Below, piece after piece: positions 50,002 through 59,674 of a stretch of DNA of 64,000 bases. A program made the position numbers and the translations under genes. Every line of letters starts with the position of its first letter. Positions within the stretch are counted from its first letter, which is position 1. Origin of the DNA: Candidatus Bathyarchaeia archaeon (GTDB lineage Archaea > Thermoproteota > CALKCG01 > B24); assembly GCA_038870975.1 (NCBI GenBank), contig JAVZJD010000001.1:64001-128000 (forward strand), given 5' to 3'. The notes beneath the pieces are model-generated. The model saw nothing but the letters and a program-made list of their open reading frames with translations. It did not search any database and was not told the origin of the DNA.

Positions 50002-50797
50002 TCATCTTATTTGAAATGCCCGTGAAGGGTTACCCACTAGAATTTTCTCTATAAAATCGCGGTTAAACTCGTTTTCCATCATTAAAGAAATAAGATCCTT
50101 GATTAAATAAGAGTATCTTCTGATACTGCCGCCTTTAGGCTCGCCAACATTGTACCACCCAGCGTCTTGAGACAAAAGAAGCTGCCCCTCAAAGCCATGC
50201 TCAAACACGAAACCCACCAGCTTAAGAGTCCTCTCAGCCGTTGCTTCGCTAATACCGTCATATGAAACCCATGCACCCTGCTGCAAAATTTCTAAATGGC
50301 AATCACAATCTTCTGTTGTGTAAGAGTAATGTAGCCTGGATTTACAGCAATCTTTATGAAGCCAGCTTTAATGGGAAAACTCACCTCTAAATTCAATTTA
50401 TCTTTAACCAATTCATCTATGATGCCGTCCTCTATTTCATGCGCCCAGCACCCCGCCAGCTGATCCACCGAGTACTCAAAAGCGTACTTTGGGAGAAAAG
50501 GCTCTTTATATAAGCCCGTGTTTGTGAGAATATGGATACCTGAAGCCTTTGATAGGTCTGCAAGTAACTGCGGATCCCTCCCCATGAACGCCGGAGTACA
50601 ATCAACAAAACCATTAACATCCAACTACCGAATCTCCTTTAAGTAGGGAAGCATAATGTCAAAGACTTCTTTAGGATTATAGCGATCCCGGCTAATTTTA
50701 TCAGCCCCAATAAAATCACAGAGTATATGCTCATGAATTAAAGCCAAACCAAATTTCTCGGGGAAATATCACCAAGAACCGTTCTTATTTTTCCCAT
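50002..50797 (-). pseudogene. Phosphotriesterase-family (amidohydrolase) pseudogene
   Basis: MGKIRTVLGDI / frameshift / GLALIHEHILCD...EIR-TAG-LDVNGFVDCTP...GRDP...NTGLY...AGFIKIA / internal deletion / LLSQDAGWY...NPSRAF. Confidence 0.85.
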
Positions 50798-50845
50798 TTT
50801 CCATAAAAAGAAAAAACTTAACCCTAAATTCAAAATTCGCACACT

Positions 50846-50974
50846 TTAATTTAAATCTCTTGCCACCTTCAAGTCCAAGATGCTGAGAGCAACCTCGCCG
50901 TTGCGGCCGAAGCCAGCTATAATACGCCTATAACCCTCAAGCCGCCTCTCAAAGCCATGTATGTCGAAGCCCAC
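50846..50974 (-). pseudogene. Probable N-terminal remnant of an archaeal tyrosine integrase downstream of tRNA-Cys
   Basis: GFDIHGFERRLEGYRRIIAGFGRNGEVAL resembles, from memory, N-termini of archaeal integrases; it is truncated after ~40 aa and sits next to the tRNA 3' end. Confidence 0.4.
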
Positions 50975-51037
50975 GCTAAACTCACTTTCTCTAGACTTAA
51001 AAGGAGGAGTATGGAAAGGGACTTGAACTCGGAGAAG

Positions 51038-51112
51038 TGGAGCCGGGGAGGGGATTTGAACCCCTGTTTGACGGGTCTGCAGCCCGTTGCCTCGCCGCTC
51101 GGCCACCCCGGC
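51038..51112 (-). tRNA. tRNA-Cys(GCA), CCA encoded, no intron
   Basis: GCCGGGG...ACGGG-CTGCAGA-CCCGT...GGTTCAAATCC...CCCCGGCTCCA cloverleaf. Confidence 0.97.
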
Positions 51113-51227
51113 GTCAAAGATTTTTCCCGTGATGTGTTGTATAAATTTTTCTGAAGATTATTCAAGGCGCTAGGCTAATACTTGAAATATTTATTGCTCT
51201 GAAGTATTAAATTGTTGTTGAATATCC

Positions 51228-51860
51228 ATGTTATATGAAGTTATTACTCATAGGAGAAGCGTAAGAACTTACGATAGAAGAGATGTTCCTAAAGCTGTTT
51301 TAAGTAGGATTTTTGAAGCCGCTCGATGGGCTCCTTCAGCTCATAATGCTCAACCCTGGCGTTTTATCGTTATATACGATTATCTCGTCAAGAAGAGGCT
51401 TGCTAAGGCTATGGCTGATGCGTGGCTTGAAGATTTGAAGAGGGATGGTGTTCCAGAAGTAAAGGCGTTGAAGATTGTCGAAGAAGAGTCTATGAGAAGA
51501 TTTACTGAAAGCCCCGTATTGATAATCGTATGTTTGACCATGAAGGATATGGATGAATATCCTGATGAACGTAGAATGAAAGCTGAATACATTATGGCCG
51601 TTCAAAGCGTAGCAGCTGCGGTAGAGAATTTGCTCTTAGCAGCTCACGCAGAAGGACTTGGAGCATGTTGGGTATGTGCACCACTATTCTGCCAAGATAT
51701 TGTAAAGAGGGCTTTAAAACTTCCAGATGAATTTGAACCGCAGGCCGTATTGACACTCGGATATCCGGTTGAAGAGTATAGACCTCCTCCAAGGAAGCCT
51801 TTGAGTGAAATCGTATGGGTCTTAACATCAGAGGGGGAGTTGACTCCATGGGGGATTTAA
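51228..51860 (+). CDS. Nitroreductase-family protein resembling the FbiB C-terminal domain / FbiE (dehydro-F420 reductase)
   Basis: RRSVR, APSAHNAQPWRF, MADAWLEDLKRDG and YPDERRMKAEYIMAVQSVAAA; overlaps cofD. Confidence 0.8.
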   Translation: MLYEVITHRRSVRTYDRRDVPKAVLSRIFEAARWAPSAHNAQPWRFIVIYDYLVKKRLAKAMADAWLEDLKRDGVPEVKALKIVEEESMRRFTESPVLIIVCLTMKDMDEYPDERRMKAEYIMAVQSVAAAVENLLLAAHAEGLGACWVCAPLFCQDIVKRALKLPDEFEPQAVLTLGYPVEEYRPPPRKPLSEIVWVLTSEGELTPWGI

Positions 51861-52804
51861 CTAAGCTTAAAGTTACAGCTCTAGCAGGTGGTGTAGGTGC
51901 GGCAAGGTTTCTCAGAGGTCTCATTGAGGTGGTTCCCCAGCAAAATGTGAGCATTATTGGAAATGTCGGAGACGATTTAACACTCTACGGATTACACATA
52001 AGCCCAGACTTGGACATAGTCATGTATACACTCGCAGATTTAGTATGTAAGGAGAAAGGGTGGGGTATAGAAGGAGATACCTTCAACTGTTTAAACATGC
52101 TTTCAAAATACGGGTTTGACTCTTGGTTTAAACTTGGAGATGCGGATTTAGCAACGCATATCTATAGAACCTATATGATTAAAAGTGGTTTAACATTATC
52201 ACAAGTAACACTTGAATTGTGTAGACGGCTCGGATTGAAAGTAAGATTGATCCCCGTTACAGATGACCATTTACGGACAGTGGTAATTTCCGATGAAGGG
52301 CGGCTATCTTTTCAAGAGTACTTCGTAAAGAGGAGGTGTGAACCCAAGGTTTTAAGTGTTGTCTTTGAAGGTGTTGAAAACGCTGAGCCAGCTCCAGGCG
52401 TCTTTGAAGCTTTAGAAGATGCTGATGTTATAGTAGTATGCCCGAGTAATCCAATACTGAGCATAGGACCAATACTTGCCGTTAAAGGCGTTAGAGATTT
52501 TCTTAGAAAATCTCTAAAACCCATAGTAGCAGTAAGTCCCATAGTAGCTGGTAAAGCTTTGAAGGGGCCAGCGGATAAAATTTTATTGGAGTTGGGTTTA
52601 AAGCCTTCCGCTTTGACCGTAGCAGAACTTTACAGAGACTTTTTGAAGGTTTTCATAGTTGACGTTAGAGATGAAAGCCTCAAATTTGAAGTTGAACACC
52701 TCGGCATTAAAGTCTTTTTAACGGACACTGTTATGAGTGACCTGAGTAAACAGGTTGCACTCGCTAGAGAAACTCTTAAAGCAGCCTTAGAAATTCATAT
52801 GTGA
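51815..52804 (+). CDS. cofD: 2-phospho-L-lactate transferase CofD/FbiA
   Basis: LAGGVGAARF, NVGDD, ISPDLD, LGDADLATH, FQEYFV, PSNP and GPADK; likely start 51848. Confidence 0.96.
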   Translation: MGLNIRGGVDSMGDLTKLKVTALAGGVGAARFLRGLIEVVPQQNVSIIGNVGDDLTLYGLHISPDLDIVMYTLADLVCKEKGWGIEGDTFNCLNMLSKYGFDSWFKLGDADLATHIYRTYMIKSGLTLSQVTLELCRRLGLKVRLIPVTDDHLRTVVISDEGRLSFQEYFVKRRCEPKVLSVVFEGVENAEPAPGVFEALEDADVIVVCPSNPILSIGPILAVKGVRDFLRKSLKPIVAVSPIVAGKALKGPADKILLELGLKPSALTVAELYRDFLKVFIVDVRDESLKFEVEHLGIKVFLTDTVMSDLSKQVALARETLKAALEIHM

Positions 52805-52808
52805 ATCG

Positions 52809-53480
52809 TTGAAGCCGATAATTTACGCAATAATACCAGTGAAAGATCCCTGTGAGAGTAAGAGTAGATTATCTAATGTTTTTAATACTGAGGTTAGGAG
52901 AAGGTTAACTCTACTTATGCTTGAAGATGTAATTTCAACTTTGAAACGTTCTAAACTGTTAACTAGAGTGGTAGTTGTAAGCCCTAGTTTAGAGGTTTTG
53001 AATTTAGGTAAGAATCTTAACTGCGAAGTTGTCAGAGAAGGGCCGAGAAGTATAGGACTTAACAAAGCTGTGGAATTAGGAGTCGAATACTCTGGAAAAC
53101 TTGGAGCTGAAGTTGTACTCATACTTCCAGCAGACATACCTATGATAGGACTTGAAGATGTTGACAATTTACTTTCGTCTGGATTAAGGTTGGAGAAGCC
53201 CTACGTAGTCATATCGCCGTCTAAAGATGGGGGGACAAATGCTCTAATGCTAAGTCTTCCTACACGAATAACATTTAAATTCGGACCTAATAGCTACATG
53301 TCGCATTTACAAGAGGCTAAGAGAACTGGGTCTAATTTTGCCGTCTTCCATTCTAAGAACATAGAAATGGATGTAGATGATGAAATAGACCTATGTTTCT
53401 TCCTGAAGTCTCTTGAGAGTGGAAAATGTAGAAAGTCTTGGCTTTATTTGCGGGAAGTGTACAAAGACCTGTGCAATTGA
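52809..53480 (+). CDS. cofC: 2-phospho-L-lactate/PEP guanylyltransferase CofC/FbiD
   Basis: IIPVK...KSRL, MLEDV, ADIP, DGGTNAL, FGPNS...H and DVD motifs. Confidence 0.94.
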   Translation: MKPIIYAIIPVKDPCESKSRLSNVFNTEVRRRLTLLMLEDVISTLKRSKLLTRVVVVSPSLEVLNLGKNLNCEVVREGPRSIGLNKAVELGVEYSGKLGAEVVLILPADIPMIGLEDVDNLLSSGLRLEKPYVVISPSKDGGTNALMLSLPTRITFKFGPNSYMSHLQEAKRTGSNFAVFHSKNIEMDVDDEIDLCFFLKSLESGKCRKSWLYLREVYKDLCN

Positions 53481-53516
53481 CTCTTCCCATAATTCTTTAA
53501 TTCAGTACTACTAACG

Positions 53517-54140
53517 TTATTGTGACTTAGACTTTTTAACTATTGTAAATCTCCGAATGAAACCAGGTAAAAGCCTTCTGTAGATTAATTGGGCTGGAAG
53601 GAAGGCGATTAAGACCTGAGAAGCATTATATGCCCCCGTAAGCGCCAGTATATATATTATATTTGAAGTGAACCATTCTATCGTAGATTGAGGAAATGGA
53701 AGACTAGGTATTATTAGGATGATGAAGGCTAGGTTTGGAAAAGTCATTAAAACAACCCTCAAAATTACAGCGGAACACAGGGCAAGCTTCCAGCGTCTCC
53801 TTCCAATTAAGGCTAGTCCAGCTAACGTTGACGCTATAGCCAATCCCTTCATAATAGGTCCGTAGAAAGGTATGCCCGTACAACTCATTATAAGCACGCT
53901 GAAACTATCTATATTTATCGACAACCCTAATACTACGAGGATTGTTGCTAGTAATGCGGGTTTAAGTCCAACTGCTAAGTATAAAAGGTATATAACTATC
54001 TCAGCCGGGTCATAAAGAAGGTAGTTTAACGGTGGAAATGGTAAAAAGTGGCTTACACCTGTAAGCTCGATCAAATATGCTAAAGCCCCAAATACTGCTG
54101 AAAGAGCTACAATACCACTAGCACTTTTTAAACGACTCAC
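53517..54140 (-). CDS. ECF transporter S component (RibU/PanT-like)
   Basis: PFPPLNYLLYDPAEI motif; about 6 TM helices. Confidence 0.75.
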   Translation of the reverse strand: MSRLKSASGIVALSAVFGALAYLIELTGVSHFLPFPPLNYLLYDPAEIVIYLLYLAVGLKPALLATILVVLGLSINIDSFSVLIMSCTGIPFYGPIMKGLAIASTLAGLALIGRRRWKLALCSAVILRVVLMTFPNLAFIILIIPSLPFPQSTIEWFTSNIIYILALTGAYNASQVLIAFLPAQLIYRRLLPGFIRRFTIVKKSKSQ

Positions 54141-54710
54141 AAAACTTCCTCTTCAAGAGACCTGCTTATATTTTTTACTCAAAATTTAAAATTTACTCAA
54201 ATTCGAGTATATAATGTTGGAGAGAAATACTATGGCTTCTCCAATGAGTTGAATTCCATGAAACTAAGCCAGTTTATACATTTATCAATGGAGAGGACAG
54301 AAGCTAATTAGTGTTAAAATCCATGGAAGAGACTAGGTCAGCTTATAAAGCGGGACATATTCAGCTTAAGAACAGGAGGCCATCTTCCCATGATACATAG
54401 AATCGTCATAGCTATTGTAATGGAGCTAGAAAATACTAACGCAATAACACTGCTAGAAACTTTTTCCTTTTATTATTCGCAACACCAAACTCTTCAATTT
54501 CTGAATTATCCCTAGAGACACCTTTATAAAACATAGACTTCATAGCGTTAAAATTCTATTCCATTGTTGAAGTTTTGATTAAAAAGCGAGTACCTCGTGC
54601 TTATGAAGTTCGACTGTCCGTTGAGAGTGTTATTCATAGCTATGACTTAATAGTAGATGCCTAGTTTAAAGTTGGAAAAGCTAAAGAGTGGAAAGTTTCA
54701 AATATCAGTG

Positions 54711-54786
54711 TGGACCCGGCGGGATTTGAACCCGCGACCTTGGGCTCCGAAGGCCCATGTCCTAGTCCAGGCTAGACGACGGGTCC
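54711..54786 (-). tRNA. tRNA-Arg(TCG), no intron
   Basis: GGACCCG...TGGGC-CTTCGGA-GCCCA...GGTTCAAATCC...CGGGTCC-A cloverleaf. Confidence 0.96.
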
Positions 54787-54814
54787 CTTAAAAATACTTT
54801 CGAAGTAGCTGTAG

Positions 54815-56092
54815 TTAAGTGTTATTCGATTCCGGGACCTCGGGTATGATGTGTGTTCCCTCGGGAACCGCTAGGAGTTTCGCATCTCTACTTGTTAGAG
54901 AGAACGCTATTTCTAAGGCTTCTTCCGGGCTTGAAGCAGGTATCAGCATCATGTTTTCCAGCTCTTTAGTTGTTACACCCTTTGCATAGACGACTATACG
55001 GCTTTTCGTAAGTATTCTAGCCATTATTTGTGCTTCCCACTGGTCTCGGATAGGTTCATGTTCTCTTATATGTTTTAGTAGGGCTATGGGGTTTTTAAAC
55101 TTGGAAACGAGCTGGTAAAAGTGTTCATGCGCTACTCCATCGCAACACTCAGCCAGAAGCACTATTACACCGTTTGTCTTGACCAGTTGCTCACCCACAG
55201 CCATGCCTTTAACGGCTTGATATAAGTTTCTATCTGCCGGGTAGCCTCCACCGCTTACTACAACTATATCTGCCCTTCTTTCAGCTTCAACTTTTATGAA
55301 ACGTTCTATAAAATCAACGGCAGACCTATGAGCCTTAATGGGGTCACCTGAGAAGCACTTTGAAACGCCTCCCTCCATGCCTAAGACAACGTTCACAACA
55401 CCATCCAGTTCAGATGCATTAGCAGCTTCGCAGATATCTCTGTAGATTATATTTTTATCTAAAACTCCAAGCCTAGAACCGGGGTGGTTTATCATAGCAT
55501 AGGAATGATTCCTATAAATCGTTTCAACACCAGAAACTCCTGGGAGGATAATTTTACCTCCACCGCTGTATCCTGCGAAGAAATGCGGTTCTACTGTACC
55601 AATGCCAATCCGTAGATCAACTTCAAAAAGCCTACTGTTAACCCATAGAGGAGTACCCCATGATGTTTCACCGAGGTACGTTAGTTCATCAGTTTTCGAA
55701 GCATCATGATTTACGATCTGAGCTTCTTCAAAGACTTTTCCACCTAAAAGTTCTTCAAGCTGGTTTTGAGATGCTGGCTCATGTAGTCCATTTGCCACCA
55801 GAACTGTAAATTCGTTAAACCCTTTTTCTTTAAGTTTTTGAATAACTGGGGGTAATATCTTACTCAACGGGGTGGCTCTGGTGTAATCCGTAACTATGAG
55901 TAGAGCTTTAGACCCTTTCTTGATGAAGGGTGTTACTGGGTTTTCTAAGCTACATCTAACTTCATATTCTTCATCTTTAGAAGATGAGAGTCTAGAAGTT
56001 TTTAATACACCTATGAGGTTTTCATCTGGTAATTCGACTTCAACCCGACTCCTACCATAAAGGAAGCTTGCTTTCAAAGTATTTCGCCGCAA
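54815..56092 (-). CDS. larA: Nickel-pincer-dependent lactate racemase family protein
   Basis: DYTRATP, ANGLH, NHD, EPHFFAGYSGGGK, H and NLYQAVKG motifs. Confidence 0.9.
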   Translation of the reverse strand: MRRNTLKASFLYGRSRVEVELPDENLIGVLKTSRLSSSKDEEYEVRCSLENPVTPFIKKGSKALLIVTDYTRATPLSKILPPVIQKLKEKGFNEFTVLVANGLHEPASQNQLEELLGGKVFEEAQIVNHDASKTDELTYLGETSWGTPLWVNSRLFEVDLRIGIGTVEPHFFAGYSGGGKIILPGVSGVETIYRNHSYAMINHPGSRLGVLDKNIIYRDICEAANASELDGVVNVVLGMEGGVSKCFSGDPIKAHRSAVDFIERFIKVEAERRADIVVVSGGGYPADRNLYQAVKGMAVGEQLVKTNGVIVLLAECCDGVAHEHFYQLVSKFKNPIALLKHIREHEPIRDQWEAQIMARILTKSRIVVYAKGVTTKELENMMLIPASSPEEALEIAFSLTSRDAKLLAVPEGTHIIPEVPESNNT

Positions 56093-56187
56093 ATTTAAAA
56101 GTTTAAGGTCTATTTAAACATCTCCATGTTATGCTTGAAGATAACTTGTTAAGACTTATCTACTATAAAGTAGTCTATTGATAGGGG

Positions 56188-56715
56188 GTGTTAAAACCTT
56201 TGGAAGTTTTCGAAGCCATTAGGAGGAGAAGAAGTATTAGACGTTATAAAAAGGATGCTAAAATCCCAGAGGAACACATACTGAAGATTCTTGAAGCGGC
56301 TAGATTAGCACCATCGGCTGGCAACCGTCAGCCTTGGAGGTTTGTAGTAGTTAAAGACCCAGAGGTTAAACGTAAACTCGCAGAAGCATGCAACAATCAA
56401 ACTTTTATAGCAGATGCACAGGTGGCTGTCGTAGCAATTGGAGACCCATCCGTTTCACGATGGTATTCTCAAGACCCCATGATAGCTGTCGAGCATATGG
56501 TTTTAGAGGCTACGGAACTCGGCTATGGAACATGCTGGATAGGTGCATTTAATGAAGAAGCTGTTAAGAAAGTATTGAACATACCTCCAGAACTTAAAGT
56601 CATATGTGTAATTCCAGTAGGTGTTCCAGATGAAGAACCGCCGCCAAGACCTAGGAAACCCATTGAAGAGATATTCCACTTAGATAGGTATGGAAATCCA
56701 TACAAGGTTAAGTGA
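56188..56715 (+). CDS. Nitroreductase family protein
   Basis: RRSIRRY, APSAGNRQPWRF and GYGTCWIG motifs. Confidence 0.92.
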   Translation: MLKPLEVFEAIRRRRSIRRYKKDAKIPEEHILKILEAARLAPSAGNRQPWRFVVVKDPEVKRKLAEACNNQTFIADAQVAVVAIGDPSVSRWYSQDPMIAVEHMVLEATELGYGTCWIGAFNEEAVKKVLNIPPELKVICVIPVGVPDEEPPPRPRKPIEEIFHLDRYGNPYKVK

Positions 56716-56724
56716 GGGAGAAGA

Positions 56725-57234
56725 ATGCATATCATAGAGGACCTTGACAGATACATCCCTGTAACATACAATGCTATGAGAAAGACAGGTCTACTATTAG
56801 GCTCAGTCGGATATGATGGAAGGCCAAATCTTATGACGATAGGATGGGGGTTGATGGGAATAGTTTGGACTAAGCCGATTTTTCTTACTGCCATAAGAAT
56901 AAGCAGATACACGCATAGGCTTTTAGAGGAAAACGGTGAATTCACGATTAATGTCCCCACCGAAGATATGGGTGATGTGTGTAAAATCTGTGGAACTACT
57001 TCAGGGTTTGAAATCAATAAGTTTGAGAAGATAGGTTTAAAGTGGAGACGTGGGGAATTTGTCAAAGCCCCTGTAGTAGAAGGGTGTCCCATCGTTTATG
57101 AGTGCAGAGTAATCTACAAAGATTCTGTCAAGCTTCAAACACTTCCTAAAAATCTGATTGAAACGCTCTACCCTAAGCGAGATTGGCATACCTTATACTA
57201 TGGTGAAATCCTTAAAATACGTGGAGAAATCTAA
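56725..57234 (+). CDS. Flavin reductase-like (flavoredoxin) protein
   Basis: PNLMTIGWG, SRYT, EFTINVP, CGTTSG and HTLYYGEI motifs. Confidence 0.9.
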   Translation: MHIIEDLDRYIPVTYNAMRKTGLLLGSVGYDGRPNLMTIGWGLMGIVWTKPIFLTAIRISRYTHRLLEENGEFTINVPTEDMGDVCKICGTTSGFEINKFEKIGLKWRRGEFVKAPVVEGCPIVYECRVIYKDSVKLQTLPKNLIETLYPKRDWHTLYYGEILKIRGEI

Positions 57235-57525
57235 CATGCAGTTCAACGCACTTATTCGCCTCCACATCACCCCAAATCTTTTTTATCCAGGTTCCTCTTG
57301 AACTTGATGAACGGAGTTGAAACCCACTAATCGTGGAGTTAGTGGAATAGTAAAGCTGTAGATTTTTAAATGAATTAAAAATGGAGAATTTAAGTCTCTG
57401 CGCACACTCACCAACATGGATTTCTGGTACTATTTAAATGAGCCAGAGAGCATTTTAAGGAGACTAAAAGGCGTAATGCTTTTTAGGGAGAGAGTAATGA
57501 GAGTATGTGCTAAGGGTGAGGCGAA

Positions 57526-57912
57526 GTGTCAGCTAAAAAACCGTTTTATGTTAGATTTAATGTACCTAAGGAGCTGGCGGATGCAGCCTATGAGACAATA
57601 TCCATGATTAAAGACACTGGTAAAATCAGGCGAGGTGTCAATGAAGTCACAAAGTCCGTCGATAGAGGTATTGCTAAGCTAGTAGTTATAGCTGAAGATG
57701 TGGATCCGCCTGAAATCGTTGCACACTTACCCCTCTTATGTGAAGAGAGGAAAGTTCCATATATATACGTACCATCTAAAAGACAGCTTGGCGTAGCAAG
57801 TGGCATAGAGGTGGCCGCATCTTCCATAGCTGTGATAGACCCTGGAGAAGCTAAGGGAGTATTCGACGAGCTTATTTCTAAAATTGAAGCCCTTAGAAAG
57901 GGTGTAAAGTGA
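57526..57912 (+). CDS. rpl7ae: 50S ribosomal protein L7Ae
   Basis: [15 protein letters not shown]...[15 protein letters not shown] motif. Confidence 0.98.
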   Translation: MSAKKPFYVRFNVPKELADAAYETISMIKDTGKIRRGVNEVTKSVDRGIAKLVVIAEDVDPPEIVAHLPLLCEERKVPYIYVPSKRQLGVASGIEVAASSIAVIDPGEAKGVFDELISKIEALRKGVK

Positions 57913-58133
57913 TGAGTTCTAAGAGGGCTAAAGAAGAAGAACCCACTCCAGCCGAGGTTATTCAAGTAATAGAGCGGACTGGCGTTACGGGTGAAATAGA
58001 ACTAGTTAGAGTTAGAATTCTAACTGGACGTGAAAAGGGTAGGGTAATTTCCAGAAATGTTAAAGGACCTGTTAGAGTAGGTGATGTTGTCCTCCTTAAA
58101 GAGACTGAGAGGGAAGCGAAGCGGATAAGGTGA
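57909..58133 (+). CDS. rps28e: 30S ribosomal protein S28e
   Basis: RTGVTGE...[11 protein letters not shown]...ETEREA motif. Confidence 0.97.
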   Translation: MMSSKRAKEEEPTPAEVIQVIERTGVTGEIELVRVRILTGREKGRVISRNVKGPVRVGDVVLLKETEREAKRIR

Positions 58134-58152
58134 TCGTAGAGGCGGAGATGCC

Positions 58153-58350
58153 ATGCTTTCCAGAGTTAGAAAATGTTCTTTCTGTGGTTCAGAAATTCCT
58201 GTGGGATGTGGACTTATGTACGTTAAGCGAGATGGCACCATACAATGGTTCTGCTCTAGAAAGTGTAGAGTGAGCATGTTGGAGTTTCACAGAGACCCTA
58301 GAAAGCTTAAATGGACAGAATACCATGGGAAGAAAGAAAGAGGAAGTTAA
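58153..58350 (+). CDS. rpl24e: 50S ribosomal protein L24e
   Basis: CSFCG...G.MYVKRDG...FCSRKC...PRKLKWT motif. Confidence 0.97.
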   Translation: MLSRVRKCSFCGSEIPVGCGLMYVKRDGTIQWFCSRKCRVSMLEFHRDPRKLKWTEYHGKKERGS

Positions 58351-58975
58351 GGCTTGTATTCAGAATCAATGGGGTGGTTTTTACCGTATGAGAATAGTTG
58401 TTTTGGCTGTTCCAGGGGGAGGTAAAACTACTATAATGCGTTACGTTCAGATGAAGAAGCCTGATGTAGTGATCGTTAATTTTGGGGATCACATGTTTAA
58501 AGCCGCTCAAGAACTCTACGGTGTTAAGGATAGAGATGAGATGCGTAAGAAACTGTTACCCGAGGAGTATGTTAAACTTCAGGAGATCGCCGCCAGGGAA
58601 ATATCTAACATATCGGGGGACGTTCTGATAGATACCCATGCATCTATAAAGATGGGAGGAGGATACTACCCGGGATTACCTGACGACATCGTTAAACTGA
58701 TGAAGCCACACTATATAGTTCTCTTTGAATTCAACCCCGAGGTTGTATTGTCTAGGCGTATGAAGGATATGGGAGGCGTTAGAACGGGTAGAGATGTAGA
58801 GACATCTGAAGAAATCGAACAACAGCAACAAGTAAACAGGTTGTTCGCGGCGGCTGCTGCGAATGCTGCTAGAGCGATTTTACGCATCGTTGACCTACGC
58901 TTCCCCGAGAAACATCCGTATGAGCATGCTGAGGTAGGGGCTGAAGAGATTTTGAAACTCCTTAAAATGGGCTAG
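58325..58975 (+). CDS. adkA: Archaeal adenylate kinase
   Basis: AVPGGGKTT, NFGD, RDEMRK, DTH and GYYPGLP; real start is likely 58388. Confidence 0.92.
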   Translation: MGRKKEEVKACIQNQWGGFYRMRIVVLAVPGGGKTTIMRYVQMKKPDVVIVNFGDHMFKAAQELYGVKDRDEMRKKLLPEEYVKLQEIAAREISNISGDVLIDTHASIKMGGGYYPGLPDDIVKLMKPHYIVLFEFNPEVVLSRRMKDMGGVRTGRDVETSEEIEQQQQVNRLFAAAAANAARAILRIVDLRFPEKHPYEHAEVGAEEILKLLKMG

Positions 58976-59032
58976 CGTCGAATTAGAGAAGGATGGTAAA
59001 GTCTAAATACTCGTAAGACCTATTTAAGCAAC

Positions 59033-59425
59033 ATGGCTGTATTTCTCAGAATAATTCGAGAAGATTGGGCTAGCAGGGTTTTTGAGGGTGGAATATACTA
59101 TACTTCACTGAAGAGAAGGTGGGAGAGAGGTTTAAAATGCTTCTTCCTAATGAAGACTGAGGCTGGAGACTCAGTAGTAGGGTATGGCATACTAGAAGAC
59201 TATAAAACCAAGGAAGAATGGCTCAAAGCTGGAGGGGAAAACTTTACAGAACACACTTGGAAAACTGCCCTGATATTTGGAAAGATCGTGAAATTTCAAA
59301 ACCCAATCCCCGTGAAGGAACTTCAACTCGACCAGCGTTTAAAAGGCAAATATCTACATGGTCTTAAAGCCGACCAGTTCTTAGTAGATAAAATACTCAA
59401 CTTATCAGAAGGCTTTTCGCATTGA
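59033..59425 (+). CDS. PUA/ASCH/EVE-like (DUF365-like) protein
   Basis: SVVGYGILE...IVKFQNPIPVKEL pattern. Confidence 0.55.
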   Translation: MAVFLRIIREDWASRVFEGGIYYTSLKRRWERGLKCFFLMKTEAGDSVVGYGILEDYKTKEEWLKAGGENFTEHTWKTALIFGKIVKFQNPIPVKELQLDQRLKGKYLHGLKADQFLVDKILNLSEGFSH

Positions 59426-59674
59426 AATTTTACTACAATATAAATATGTGCTTTTTTAAATGTTCGTCATATGATAATTACTTTATGGTTTAATTTTTAA
59501 TCTTGATTTTTCCCTCCAATCCTCATGTAAAATTCAGAAGATTAGTTAGAATTAGACTTCTACTTACGTAAAACTTAATTAAACCACAAACGACAACAAT
59601 CTGTCAGGCAATTAACAATTGCTTTAAGGAAAAAGATTTATATTTCTTTTTCATAAATTGAAATCGGTGAAAAA

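Noticed and set aside
50625-50627. In-frame TAG as possible pyrrolysine readthrough
   Set aside because: The same gene also has a frameshift and a large deletion, so it is a pseudogene.
50846-51165. ORFs overlapping tRNA-Cys (50846-51106, 50917-51165, 50957-51154)
   Set aside because: They run through the tRNA gene; only the distal integrase-like fragment was retained.
57300-57360. Possible C/D box sRNA or K-turn upstream of rpl7ae (TGATGA plus a hairpin)
   Set aside because: No properly placed CTGA D box.
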